Positions 38,512 to 47,973 of a stretch of DNA of 64,000 bases are shown in pieces. Each line of letters opens with the position of its first letter. Positions within the stretch are counted from its first letter, which is position 1. Under the pieces are notes generated by a model, which had not been told where the DNA came from, made no database searches, and saw nothing but the letters and a program-made list of their open reading frames with translations. The position numbers and the translations under genes are program-made. The stretch is from a virus, in the IMG/VR virus record IMGVR_UViG_3300038301_000548, positions 32,001 through 96,000 of that record. The stretch is one strand, 5' to 3'.

Positions 38512-39735
38512 TTAGCCTTTTATATAGGTAATTACAATTAAATCAGATTGCTCGACATTTTCGTTGAATTTTATAGTGTTTCCGCCGACAACTGTGTAGT
38601 CTTTTTGGGCCCCGTCGGCCTGGAGCACACCATTCACTAGCACCGACTCACTATTTGCCCGGATCGAATATAACGTTGCAAAGTCTGTAAAACTGGAAGG
38701 GGTTGTGTTAGTGGAGTCTTTTAAAGTTTCCCTTACTATCATGTTTTGACTTAAAACTTCTGAAAAATTATCTGTTGTGACCACGTTTGCGGAAGTCGAG
38801 GATCCGCCGCCTGTACCTGATGTGTTAAAAAAGCTAGCCGCCGGCACGTTGCTGAAATGGTAACCATCATTCAAGAAAGCTTCTTTAATATCTGCTGGAA
38901 CACCTTCTAGACCATAGTAGGAGCCGAATTCGTGCTCTGGTATTTCTGCCAAGGAGATTCTTTCTCTTGGGATCTTAACCTCTACTATATTTTCTCTTAG
39001 TGTGTAGCTTGGCCGGTCTCTGTTCTTGCCCTCTCCTACTATGTATCCAATAACTTTGAGTGATATTTTAGTTTCAAACTTTCGTTCATCAGATGAAAAG
39101 TCAGATAAGTTGTCACTTGATGCATAATTCTCCTGGATGAACCCTTCATACTTATGAGAAGCCTCTTTTAGTCTTACGAAGTTTACTGTGCCCGGTTTTG
39201 TGGCGAATGGAGTCACTAGGTCGTTCATTTGTTGTTGGTATTCAGTTCTAAGTGTTATCTCGTAAGTAACCTCAACATTAACCGGCATTGGAACACTTAT
39301 TGTTTTATATACTATTTTAGGATTTGGTGAAGGATAATTCTTTTGACCATACAGTCTTTGTGCATCGGAATTTGCAAAGCGCATGGTCTTCTTTTGGTAC
39401 AATACCCGGCTAATGTTTAAAGCGCCGCCGCGTGAATCAGCGACTTCTGGAATATTGCCCTGAAAAACACCCGAAGATGCTCTTGACTTATCGAAAGAAC
39501 TTCTTCTAATAGAAATGATAGGCAAAACTAGCATTCCTTGACTGTCTCTAATTTCTTTGTTATTTTTAGATTGGAACGCTCTTTCTGCCGAGCCCCATAT
39601 AACAGGAACTGGTTTAAACCCTTTGTTCGTCATTACTTGCAATTGGAGTCCTGAAACAAAGTTGTAAACGGAGCGATCGATGGTCTCTATGCTGGAGCCT
39701 TCAAAGTGGACTCTTAATGAATCATCTGACATCAA
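38512..39735 (-). CDS. Putative tail terminator (gp15-like) with extra C-terminal domain
   Basis: VPVIWGSAER, LPIISIRR, PMPVNVEVTYEITL; follows the neck genes. Confidence 0.6.
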   Translation of the reverse strand: MMSDDSLRVHFEGSSIETIDRSVYNFVSGLQLQVMTNKGFKPVPVIWGSAERAFQSKNNKEIRDSQGMLVLPIISIRRSSFDKSRASSGVFQGNIPEVADSRGGALNISRVLYQKKTMRFANSDAQRLYGQKNYPSPNPKIVYKTISVPMPVNVEVTYEITLRTEYQQQMNDLVTPFATKPGTVNFVRLKEASHKYEGFIQENYASSDNLSDFSSDERKFETKISLKVIGYIVGEGKNRDRPSYTLRENIVEVKIPRERISLAEIPEHEFGSYYGLEGVPADIKEAFLNDGYHFSNVPAASFFNTSGTGGGSSTSANVVTTDNFSEVLSQNMIVRETLKDSTNTTPSSFTDFATLYSIRANSESVLVNGVLQADGAQKDYTVVGGNTIKFNENVEQSDLIVITYIKG

Positions 39736-40216
39736 ATAGACCCTCTCTTGCTCTGATGCATGTAGCTGCTATTTCAAATCGCGATTCGACTTGGCCAAAG
39801 AGCCACTTGGGTTCTTCCAGCGTCACAATCTCATACATATATTCTCCGTATTGTATAAAATCACCTTCCCTAACAAAAAGATCTTGGTCTTCAGTGAGGC
39901 GCCTTTTGTGGAAACCGACTGATATTTTCTCTATACGGTCAATACCCAGAGGAGTCGTGGTCGTTGCTTGCGAATCATACTTGACCATTGCATAGACTCT
40001 AACAGGATTTAGAAAGTTCTTTTCAATTGCCTCGCCGTAGAGATCGTGAAAGTTTGTATGCTCCAAACTGACAGGGTAATACACTACCGTTTGGCCAACT
40101 ACTCTTTCAATGATCTCATCATTGACTTGCTTTACAAAATCTTTCTCTTTTTTCCCCGTAAACAAGGGAGGAGGAGGACTAGCTGGTTGAGACCACTTAT
40201 TATCATCGGACATCAA
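39722..40216 (-). CDS. Head closure / neck protein (gp14-like)
   Basis: EIIERVVGQTVVYY, LYGEAIEK, REGDFIQYG..MYEI. Confidence 0.7.
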   Translation of the reverse strand: MMSDDNKWSQPASPPPPLFTGKKEKDFVKQVNDEIIERVVGQTVVYYPVSLEHTNFHDLYGEAIEKNFLNPVRVYAMVKYDSQATTTTPLGIDRIEKISVGFHKRRLTEDQDLFVREGDFIQYGEYMYEIVTLEEPKWLFGQVESRFEIAATCIRAREGLFDVR

Positions 40217-40219
40217 ACA

Positions 40220-41878
40220 TTACCCCACAAATATATAGTTTGGAACTCTCTCCAGCACTTTTGAGCTGTTCTCTAGCAATGCAGCATCCTGCTCTGCCAA
40301 TTTCATATAAGTCATCTCTGCCAGGGTTGTTTTAAGTTCTTCTCTCAGTTTTTCTTGTTCGTCTTTTCCTTCGGTGATAAGAGCAGTACCGTTCAAGGTT
40401 ACTGATTCACCTGGAATCGGAACTGAATTAAACTTAGACCTTACTTGTCCCAGCGTCTCCTTGCTTAGTGCCAGTGCAAAGCGTCTTATCCATTGCTTTC
40501 CAATTGAATTTATACTTGGAAAGGGTAAATTCCCGATGGGCAGGGTGTTCATGTTATTCACGCCGTCTATAGAAGAATCTTCGCCATCCCAAACATTTTC
40601 CGGAATAGAGAACTCAATCCACATCTTATCTGGGCCTCCACTGTATGGTCTTGGGTGGAGTCTTATCTTGTTATCTTTCAACTCATACGAATAGTGAGAC
40701 AACCTAGTATAGATTGCATCTTCGAAAGCCATAGCTTGGGCCTTGTTTTGCCAAGCGGGTACCAACTGAAATGTAGAGTCGTCTGAAAACTGCCCATAAT
40801 TGCTCAAGTTCCCTACAACGTTCAGGCCACCATAATACCCAAAGAACCTCCACATTGCGTGCGGGGTCTTGTAGAACACTTTTTTGACAAGGATTCTTTT
40901 ACCGTCAATTTTGCTTCCATATGGGTAAGTGTCCGAGCCGCCAGAAAAACTAACAATAGTAGCATCATTCATATGTGACGATGATTTTGTTATTGTTGTA
41001 TTTCCTCCCGAGCCGCCCTTGTCTTGTGTGAGTATAACCTTTTTCGCGTCGGATGGGTCTTCCTTCGCCGTAATTTTGAGATGAGTATCGCTGTTGACAG
41101 CTGTGACTATCAAGTCTACTACTCCTTCTGCCTTTGCCGCGGCTGCAGCTTCGTTATCAATAGTATCTATTCCTAATATCACTGGGCTAGTGTTGTATTT
41201 TGAGGTGCTGGTTGAACTATCAAATTGAAATTTTCTAGTATTTCCGTTTGTGTCAACCAGTGTAAAGGTGCCACCGTTGCCCGGTGAGTCTGAAAATGTC
41301 ATGGAGCCACCTGCACTTGGGTTTAGGCGCGATTCTAAAATTGCCTGAAGATCATAATCCTGCTTACCTGTAGTGATTCCAAAACTAGCAGAATATTGCA
41401 CTGAGGAATTCATACTGATTTCGGCGCCGATTCCGTTGGCGACTCGGCGGGTCATGCCATATTCAAATTTAGGATACTTCAGTGCCACATGGTCACCACC
41501 TAGAGAAGAACTTAACTCTCCAGACAGGATATTCCCTTTTGAATCAAAGCTGCCGGTTGTATTTCCTAGTGCATCGGACAGGATATTCGAGGCTTGGTGG
41601 ATGTTTATAAGATAGGAATATTCCAATACAGACTCTTCATATGCTGCATAGACATTCCCTTCCGTTAGTTCGATATCCAGCACATCGCCTCCCAGTTTCT
41701 TGTAAACATAAGAAACCTGATCGGCGGCGCCTGTTAAGAACTGCGTCGAGTATAGGGGCCCCGATGAATCGGAGTATATTTTATAAGGTAGAGTCTCGTT
41801 AACTTTAAGTGCTGAACCTGTCGAAGGCAGTACTATAGCCGATAACGTGCTCGCTGGCGTCAATGTAGGTAAAGACAT
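40220..41878 (-). CDS. Neck / head-tail adaptor protein (gp13-like) with inserted domain
   Basis: YKKLGGDVLDIELT, WIRRFALALSKETLGQVRSKF..VPIPG..VTLNG..L..EG. Confidence 0.75.
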   Translation of the reverse strand: MSLPTLTPASTLSAIVLPSTGSALKVNETLPYKIYSDSSGPLYSTQFLTGAADQVSYVYKKLGGDVLDIELTEGNVYAAYEESVLEYSYLINIHQASNILSDALGNTTGSFDSKGNILSGELSSSLGGDHVALKYPKFEYGMTRRVANGIGAEISMNSSVQYSASFGITTGKQDYDLQAILESRLNPSAGGSMTFSDSPGNGGTFTLVDTNGNTRKFQFDSSTSTSKYNTSPVILGIDTIDNEAAAAAKAEGVVDLIVTAVNSDTHLKITAKEDPSDAKKVILTQDKGGSGGNTTITKSSSHMNDATIVSFSGGSDTYPYGSKIDGKRILVKKVFYKTPHAMWRFFGYYGGLNVVGNLSNYGQFSDDSTFQLVPAWQNKAQAMAFEDAIYTRLSHYSYELKDNKIRLHPRPYSGGPDKMWIEFSIPENVWDGEDSSIDGVNNMNTLPIGNLPFPSINSIGKQWIRRFALALSKETLGQVRSKFNSVPIPGESVTLNGTALITEGKDEQEKLREELKTTLAEMTYMKLAEQDAALLENSSKVLERVPNYIFVG

Positions 41879-41939
41879 TCATAGGACCTCGCAAGTTAAT
41901 ATATATCAATATAACTAGTCTATGAGCCTACTAAATAGC

Positions 41940-42305
41940 CTAAGAGACTGCTTTTGTTTTTGTAGCCTTACGCTTACGCGTTGTTGCCGTCTTCTTAGTG
42001 GCAGGTTTCTTTATAATAGCCGGCGGCGTTTCACTCTTTACTGGCTGCTTCACTGTGTCTGTTGTGGTAGCTTGCTTTAGAGCGTTTGGCACAGTTTTCG
42101 CTATGACTGGCTCTGGTGTAGGCGCCTTGACAATACTTTCCTCTTTTGGCTCTTCGTTAGTGATAGCTATTGTGCTTTCTTCAGTTTCTTCTTCAATACC
42201 CATATCTATAACTTGGCGGCCGTTGAGCTTTGCTACGCTCTCTCTAAATGCCGCGGCTTTTGCCTTATACTTTGGACTTCTTAATTTTCTTGCTTTCTTA
42301 CCCAT
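41940..42305 (-). CDS. Basic low-complexity hypothetical protein (start probably MGKKARK at 42305)
   Basis: AAAGGAG SD before ATG 42305; Lys/Thr/Pro-rich. Confidence 0.55.
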   Translation of the reverse strand: MGKKARKLRSPKYKAKAAAFRESVAKLNGRQVIDMGIEEETEESTIAITNEEPKEESIVKAPTPEPVIAKTVPNALKQATTTDTVKQPVKSETPPAIIKKPATKKTATTRKRKATKTKAVS

Positions 42306-42353
42306 GATATCTCCTTTGTTTTCAATGGTAGCATAAGTAAATAGTTTGGACAT

Positions 42354-42388
42354 AAAAAAACCCCCAACCAGGATTGGAAGGGGGTTTT
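42354..42388 (-). terminator. Rho-independent terminator
   Basis: AAAACCCCC / GGGGGTTTT stem with a T-tract on the minus strand. Confidence 0.65.
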
Positions 42389-42408
42389 AGAAGATTTGTT
42401 AAATCTTA

Positions 42409-42972
42409 TTAGATGCCAGTTGCGCTGGATTCACTGTTACCTGTTAACGCCGGTGTGCCGCCGCTGGTGACACCTACACCAGAAAGGTGCACCAAATTTG
42501 CACCATAGTATGTAAAAGTATAATGCGAACCAACAGCTCCGCCGGCGTGTGCATTATCATCTGAGTCGATAACAATGCATTTTGCGTCAGCGACCAGTGC
42601 GGTTTGATCCGGTGTGGCGGTCGAATCGAAATCGCACAAAGAAACAGTTCCAATCATCTTTGTAGAACCGGCGTCTGCAAAGCCTAGCTTGAATTCAGTG
42701 TCAGATGCACTAGCACCAAATACAATCTTAATAACCATGCCGGCATTAGCTGCAGTGGCTTGTGGCAAGGTAATTGCACCAGCTTGGGCGCCTGTATATA
42801 CGATTGTAGCATCCGACGCGGTTGCTGTTAAATCGTGTGCAGTTGTAGCAGAACGAACTGTAACGTCTGCATTTCTAACTCCCTTAAGAGATGACCCGCC
42901 TAAATCAAGTTCCCTCTTCAAATTCTCCATTAGTGCCTCGACTCTCGCGAGACCTATTCTTTTAGTACCCAT
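42409..42972 (-). CDS. Hypothetical virion protein (possible capsid decoration)
   Basis: Directly downstream of the MCP; beta-rich, small-residue-rich sequence. Confidence 0.5.
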   Translation of the reverse strand: MGTKRIGLARVEALMENLKRELDLGGSSLKGVRNADVTVRSATTAHDLTATASDATIVYTGAQAGAITLPQATAANAGMVIKIVFGASASDTEFKLGFADAGSTKMIGTVSLCDFDSTATPDQTALVADAKCIVIDSDDNAHAGGAVGSHYTFTYYGANLVHLSGVGVTSGGTPALTGNSESSATGI

Positions 42973-43059
42973 ATTTATAACCCTCCATTGGTTTTACCAT
43001 TTATAATCATGTCATGAAACTGGGTAGTTCATTACAATCACTAATAATTAGTGCTTTAA

Positions 43060-43096
43060 AAAACGAAACCCCCGACCAAATTAATGATCGGGGGCT
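43060..43096 (-). terminator. Rho-independent terminator after the MCP gene
   Basis: CCCCGA(T/C)C stem around aaattaat, followed by TTTCGTTTTTT on the minus strand. Confidence 0.7.
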
Positions 43097-43126
43097 AAGT
43101 TCATTTAATCGCTAATGAATTAAATA

Positions 43127-45160
43127 TTAGGCCTTTGCTCCTGCCTCACCGAGGAGGCCGCGAACAATGACAAGACCATACATATCTGGTCGAACCATCT
43201 TCTTGGCGTATCGGGTCATGACACCCTTACGTGGCACGAAGTCTTCCGTGCCGAAAATGGTTGGTGTCACCTGGAGTGGCACATATGGAGCGTAGACAAA
43301 TCCACTTTCGAGGAAGCTACTACCCTTACGACCAACAAGCAACACGTTACGCAAGAAGTAAGGGTCGACGTATACGTCAAACTTCTTACTCAAGCTACCA
43401 GACTTAACAGCACCGATGGTGCCGCGGTCTTGGTCAGCAGTTACGCTTGCGCGGAAGCCACTGGTGAATTCCAAGATGTTTGCAACTTCTGGGGAGCAAA
43501 CAACGAAGTTTGCGCCGCCGCGAAGTGTCTTTCTGTGGATCTGAGCACTAACATCGTTGATAGTCTCAATGAGTGTCTCATACCACTCACTGACCGTACC
43601 AGTGAAGTCAGGTGCTGCAGAACTTGCACCAATCTCTGCGCCAGAGCTGTCAACGAATAGACCTGGTGCGCGACTCCAATAACGAGTGCCGGCGGTGGCG
43701 CCAGAAACAAGCTCTCCAAGAAGTTCACGGTCAATTTCCAGAGCAATCTGCTCAGAAAGAATACCAGTAAGCTCAACCTCTGCGTCCAAGTTGTGATAAG
43801 CATTGAGGTCTTGACCCAATTCTGGGGACCACTTCGCCTTCAACTTCTTGGTCTGTGCGGTGACAGCGATACTGTCAACCTTGATGTCGATCTCAGCCAT
43901 AGTGTTCTTGCCAGTTCTTGAAGCGGAAGAACTGTTTCCAGCTGAAGCGGGGTTTGGCTCTTCAAGTGGCATTGCACCAGCCTGAAGGGCACCGAGGCCA
44001 ACTGCGTTGATATCGTCGCGGACAGGGAACTGAACCGACATGGTGGTGGCCTCAAAATCGGTTGCAAGAGCGTCAGTAACAGTTGAAGCCAAGTTTAGCT
44101 TCACTGCGGTTGAAAGCGCTACCAATTCACGAGCCTGAGCGGCCGTCTGTTCTCCAGCGGCCATAGTAATGCCAGCTGCGGTGACGTCGGCGGCTGGGAT
44201 TTGGTGCACAGAAACCAGCTTCCATACAACTCTCTCAATAGCAGTAACAATCTTCAAACCTTCGCTTCCGGTTTTGGTCTTAAGTTTTGTAAGTCTTCTT
44301 ACCTGGCGGACCTTGATAACAAGAGCGTTGTTATCAACGAGGGTATTTCCAGCAACAGCGTGAAGAGCCAAAGGATCCTTGGCTGCATCGGTCAGATCGT
44401 CCGAGTCTACTTGGCAAGTAACAACAATATCGCCAGAGCGATCGTCAACAATCAAGGAACCTTCGTCTGTAGCTGCGATGGTTGGGATTGCCTTTGGTCG
44501 AATGTCGATTGCGCCAACATTTCTTGGTGAGCACTGCAACAACTGTGCAGCGGTTGGGCTACCAGCGGTTACGGTACCAAGCATGACTTCTTCGCCCTTA
44601 AGATCAGCGTCGTAGTCGAGTGCTTGAGTGCTTTCAGGATCGGCCTGTCTCGCGACGCCAAGGTTTGCATTAGCAAGGTCATGCGTTGAATTGGCGTTAG
44701 CATATCCAGCGCCGAGGCCGTAGAAGCCTCCCTGCTCGATTTCCTGAACACCATCAACGATTTCCTTACCTACGATGCCGCCACCGTACAATGATGAGCC
44801 GGCGCCTTGGCCAGCTCTTGAAGACTCGTGCGTGAAATCCAAGAAGAAGATTAGTCCACTTGGTAGACTCATTGGCTGAACGCTAACGAGATCGTTTGCA
44901 ATCAATCCACCGAATACACGACGAACGATTGGGAATGCAACTGCTGCGAAGCCTTCGACATCGCCAGCTGCCATAGAAGAAGCTTCGCGAAGAAGTTCCT
45001 TGGCCTGATTTTCAAGTAGGACGGCCATGCCCTGTCTCTGCTGTCCTTCGTTAAGTCCCTGAAGAAGACCTGTAGCTTCCCACTTGTTAAGTAGTGCTTC
45101 ACCTTCTTTCTGAACGTTACGCTGGACAACACCTTCAGTTAGTTTTTGTAATACAGACAT
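43127..45160 (-). CDS. Major capsid protein (T4 gp23-like) with large insertion
   Basis: LLENQ, FPIVRRVF..LIANDLVSVQPMSLPSGLIFF, KLKAKWSPELGQDL, EIDRE, YAPYVPLQ, GVMTRYAKKMV. Confidence 0.95.
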   Translation of the reverse strand: MSVLQKLTEGVVQRNVQKEGEALLNKWEATGLLQGLNEGQQRQGMAVLLENQAKELLREASSMAAGDVEGFAAVAFPIVRRVFGGLIANDLVSVQPMSLPSGLIFFLDFTHESSRAGQGAGSSLYGGGIVGKEIVDGVQEIEQGGFYGLGAGYANANSTHDLANANLGVARQADPESTQALDYDADLKGEEVMLGTVTAGSPTAAQLLQCSPRNVGAIDIRPKAIPTIAATDEGSLIVDDRSGDIVVTCQVDSDDLTDAAKDPLALHAVAGNTLVDNNALVIKVRQVRRLTKLKTKTGSEGLKIVTAIERVVWKLVSVHQIPAADVTAAGITMAAGEQTAAQARELVALSTAVKLNLASTVTDALATDFEATTMSVQFPVRDDINAVGLGALQAGAMPLEEPNPASAGNSSSASRTGKNTMAEIDIKVDSIAVTAQTKKLKAKWSPELGQDLNAYHNLDAEVELTGILSEQIALEIDRELLGELVSGATAGTRYWSRAPGLFVDSSGAEIGASSAAPDFTGTVSEWYETLIETINDVSAQIHRKTLRGGANFVVCSPEVANILEFTSGFRASVTADQDRGTIGAVKSGSLSKKFDVYVDPYFLRNVLLVGRKGSSFLESGFVYAPYVPLQVTPTIFGTEDFVPRKGVMTRYAKKMVRPDMYGLVIVRGLLGEAGAKA

Positions 45161-45185
45161 TGTATTATACCTCCAAAAATATTGT

Positions 45186-46382
45186 TTATTGTTTAAGTCC
45201 TGCTAACTTTCGCAATCTTTCGAATGCTGGATTAGCTTCCGTTTGTTTTTGCTCTTCACGAGCGGCGACAAGTAGCGTTGATCGTCTTGATACTGCTTCA
45301 CTAAGGCTGTTCTTTCTCTTTTCTGCAGAAGAAGAGGAGACAGTTTCGTGGAGTGTATCAAACACTATCTTTGCTTCCTGTACTGTTGTGGCTTTGGAAA
45401 TGGATTCAACAATTTTTTGTTTTTGTCGCTCATTCAGGGAGGCATTCTCTAAAGCCCGGTTAATATACAGCAACTTCGCGTTAGAAACATTTGTGGTTTC
45501 CAACTTTTCTTGCAAAGTCTCGAATGCTGTTGTGTATTTATCGTTCTGTGCCTTTAATTTTTCGGCAGCAGATCCTAAAATCTTGTTTTCTTTTTGTAAA
45601 TTAGCAACTGTTTTGCGTAATTCTTCGTTTTCTTCCTTTACTTTGCTATCTTGCTCTCTAGCGAGTAGCATTGACTCATATTCTCTCATGAGTGGTTCGG
45701 GGGTGCCGGCCCAGCCGCTCTTTTGTGGTTCAAAGTCGACTCTGACAGCCTCTACCATCTCTTCTATATCGATTTCCTCGTCTATACCCATCTCACTTAG
45801 CACTTCTGCCACCATTTCAGGAGAAATGTTGATGTCAGGCGATTGTGATGGTGCAGTATCGATAGGATCAACTCTTGGGCTTAGGTCTAAGTCGACTTCG
45901 TTGTCGGCTAGTGAAGTATCGAAGTCATCTTCTATATCGATGCCAATACTATCGGCGCCAAGACCTAACTCTTCCTCTTCTGGGAACTCAGCTCTGAGGG
46001 AGTCTAGTTTTATCTCTATAATCTCGTCTTCAGGATCTCCCAGGTCTGGGTCGAACGCGTCTGGAATATCAGCGACAATGGAATCTTCATATGGGTTCTC
46101 TTCCATTCCAGGTTCTGTTGGGTCTTCCATGCCTAGGTCATCAACCATTGGGTCAGACTCGAGGCCAAGATCATCGGCCATTGGGTCAGCGCCAAGTCCT
46201 AAATCATCAGACATGGGATCATCTTCTGCAAATGGGTCATCGCCGGGAGCCTCAAGAAGAGTCTGCATCGCACTTTTGACTTCTTGGGAATATTTTTCAA
46301 TCACCAGATTTTCAGCGTTCTTTAGGGCCGCTTCTTTGAGTGCTGTTGCATCGATAATGGCTCTTTCTAATAGGCTTGACAT
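45186..46382 (-). CDS. Prohead scaffolding protein (gp22-like)
   Basis: Very acidic N-half, coiled-coil C-half, NAKLLYIN, ERLRKLAGL; immediately upstream of the MCP. Confidence 0.75.
   Translation of the reverse strand: MSSLLERAIIDATALKEAALKNAENLVIEKYSQEVKSAMQTLLEAPGDDPFAEDDPMSDDLGLGADPMADDLGLESDPMVDDLGMEDPTEPGMEENPYEDSIVADIPDAFDPDLGDPEDEIIEIKLDSLRAEFPEEEELGLGADSIGIDIEDDFDTSLADNEVDLDLSPRVDPIDTAPSQSPDINISPEMVAEVLSEMGIDEEIDIEEMVEAVRVDFEPQKSGWAGTPEPLMREYESMLLAREQDSKVKEENEELRKTVANLQKENKILGSAAEKLKAQNDKYTTAFETLQEKLETTNVSNAKLLYINRALENASLNERQKQKIVESISKATTVQEAKIVFDTLHETVSSSSAEKRKNSLSEAVSRRSTLLVAAREEQKQTEANPAFERLRKLAGLKQ
46139..46225. repeat. Short degenerate tandem coding repeats (DPM.DDLG.) in the scaffold gene
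   Basis: DPMSDDLGLGADPMADDLGLESDPMVDDLG; repeated ccattgggtcag. Confidence 0.7.
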
Positions 46383-46488
46383 GTTTTGTAACTCCTAAAA
46401 ATACGTATTTAAAACAAAATAATGGTAGTTTCTCTAAATAAATAGTTTTGGAACTTTTAAACGGAGAGAAAAAGTTTTGGTGGGTGTT

Positions 46489-46854
46489 TTAGAAGGTGGA
46501 ACAGGCTAGCCAAAGTTCAGTGAGATTTTGGGCCACAGCCTTGATTTTAACTTTATCGATTCCGGAAATTTCCTTTATTGTATGTTTGCGCGTGGACGAG
46601 GTTGCGATGCCAGCCTCCACTAGTGCCCAGACACCTGTTGCATGCATATATCCCCAAATTTCCAAAGTGCCATTGCCTGCGGCCGTAGCAGTAATGTGCA
46701 AAAACCTTTGATTTTCTGTAAGGCACTCACTAGATTCTGCCGCGGCGTTGACTGTGGCAGCGGCGCCGGAGCTATTAATCCCTGCTCGATTAGAGGATAA
46801 GATATTCTTAGGGCTTCTCGTTCTGCCCCAACTAGTATGTTTAAATTGTGCCAT
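46489..46854 (-). CDS. Hypothetical protein, tandem paralog B
   Basis: WGRTRSPK...ENQRFL...EIWGYMHATGVW...CSTF. Confidence 0.65.
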   Translation of the reverse strand: MAQFKHTSWGRTRSPKNILSSNRAGINSSGAAATVNAAAESSECLTENQRFLHITATAAGNGTLEIWGYMHATGVWALVEAGIATSSTRKHTIKEISGIDKVKIKAVAQNLTELWLACSTF

Positions 46855-46863
46855 TATAATCTC

Positions 46864-47283
46864 CTAAAAAGTGCTACACGAAGCGTAAACTGCAGTTGGT
46901 GCATCGGCCCAGGCCCCAGTGTCTCGAACAAAGGCCACCCTGTCTACACCAGCTATCTCTATTTTGTAAGTTGTATTCTGCGTTATTGCATCACAATTTA
47001 TCATTTGAAAAAATGACCAAATACCTGTTGCATGAAGATAGACCCAGACTTCAATATCTTGACCCGGGTCGTCTGTTCCGTCATTATCCACTGTTACAAA
47101 CAAGTATCTTTGATTTTCCGTGACATATCCGGCAGTTCCGTCAGTTGCAGTAACACCAGTAGGTGTGGCGCCATGAGCTAGAACAACCACTGGGCTGGTT
47201 CTTTGTCCTGCAATCAAACCTTTTGGGCTTCTCGTTCTGCCCCAGCTTTGGTGCGTATGAAAGGAATTTGGTAACTCGGACAT
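46864..47283 (-). CDS. Hypothetical protein, tandem paralog A
   Basis: WGRTRSPK...ENQRYL...EVWVYLHATGIW...CSTF. Confidence 0.65.
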   Translation of the reverse strand: MSELPNSFHTHQSWGRTRSPKGLIAGQRTSPVVVLAHGATPTGVTATDGTAGYVTENQRYLFVTVDNDGTDDPGQDIEVWVYLHATGIWSFFQMINCDAITQNTTYKIEIAGVDRVAFVRDTGAWADAPTAVYASCSTF

Positions 47284-47303
47284 TCTAGAGATTCTCCAAT
47301 ATT

Positions 47304-47543
47304 TTAATTATATTCATTTTCGAATTTCTTCTTATATTTTTCGGTTGCTTTTTTTGCTAACCTCTTTTTCTCTAATCTTTTGAGCCTACGCTTGACCGAA
47401 GGCTTTGTATAGTAACGACGCTCTCTTACTTCTTCTAGGATTCCAGACTTTTTAACTTTTCTAGAAAACTTTTTAATCATTTTTTCGATTTGCTCTTGAT
47501 CTCTAATGTACACCTCAACGTGCACTGGTGTTCTTCTGCCCAT
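47304..47543 (-). CDS. rpsU: Ribosomal protein bS21 (phage-encoded)
   Basis: IEKMIKKFSRKVKKSGILEEVRERRYYTKPSVKRR matches bS21. Confidence 0.88.
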   Translation of the reverse strand: MGRRTPVHVEVYIRDQEQIEKMIKKFSRKVKKSGILEEVRERRYYTKPSVKRRLKRLEKKRLAKKATEKYKKKFENEYN

Positions 47544-47553
47544 TATATTTCCT

Positions 47554-47973
47554 TTACTTTAGAATATTCCATTTGTTTCCTGCTAAGTTAAACAGGCCGC
47601 TGATATCAACGCCGGCGTCGCTTGGGCTGATTCCGGTCATTGGGCTTGGTGCGCCTGATGTTTGGGGGTCTCCCCCTCCTCTTAAAGGTTCGGTCCCTTC
47701 AAACACCCCTTTCATGCTTTCAGAACCAATCGCGTCAAGCATTCTTTTTTTTGTTTCGAGTATCTTGTTGCGACGGGCACTGTCCCTTTCTTCGAGAAGC
47801 TTCTTTTCTGGTACCTGATTTGGTGCTGGGGTTTGGTTACCTTCTGCCATTATAGTCTGCGCTTTGGTTAAACCGAAAGCAACTTCCGCAATTATTTCTG
47901 ATAAGACACCCTCTTCAAAAAGGGCTTCCTTTACACACTCTTTAATAATCGCTTTTAGTTCTGATTTCTTCAT
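47554..47973 (-). CDS. Hypothetical protein with N-terminal LKxIIxE motif
   Basis: MKKSELKAIIKECVKEAL; lies between the protease and rpsU. Confidence 0.6.
   Translation of the reverse strand: MKKSELKAIIKECVKEALFEEGVLSEIIAEVAFGLTKAQTIMAEGNQTPAPNQVPEKKLLEERDSARRNKILETKKRMLDAIGSESMKGVFEGTEPLRGGGDPQTSGAPSPMTGISPSDAGVDISGLFNLAGNKWNILK

Noticed and set aside
45094-46398. 434-aa plus-strand ORF
   Set aside because: Exact antisense shadow of the acidic scaffold gene; Ser-rich composition is expected from its reverse complement, with no motif support
32907-46488. tRNA or other structured RNA genes in the larger intergenic gaps
   Set aside because: The gaps are AT-rich and explained by terminators and upstream motifs; no cloverleaf or T-loop consensus seen by eye (tRNAscan-SE would confirm)
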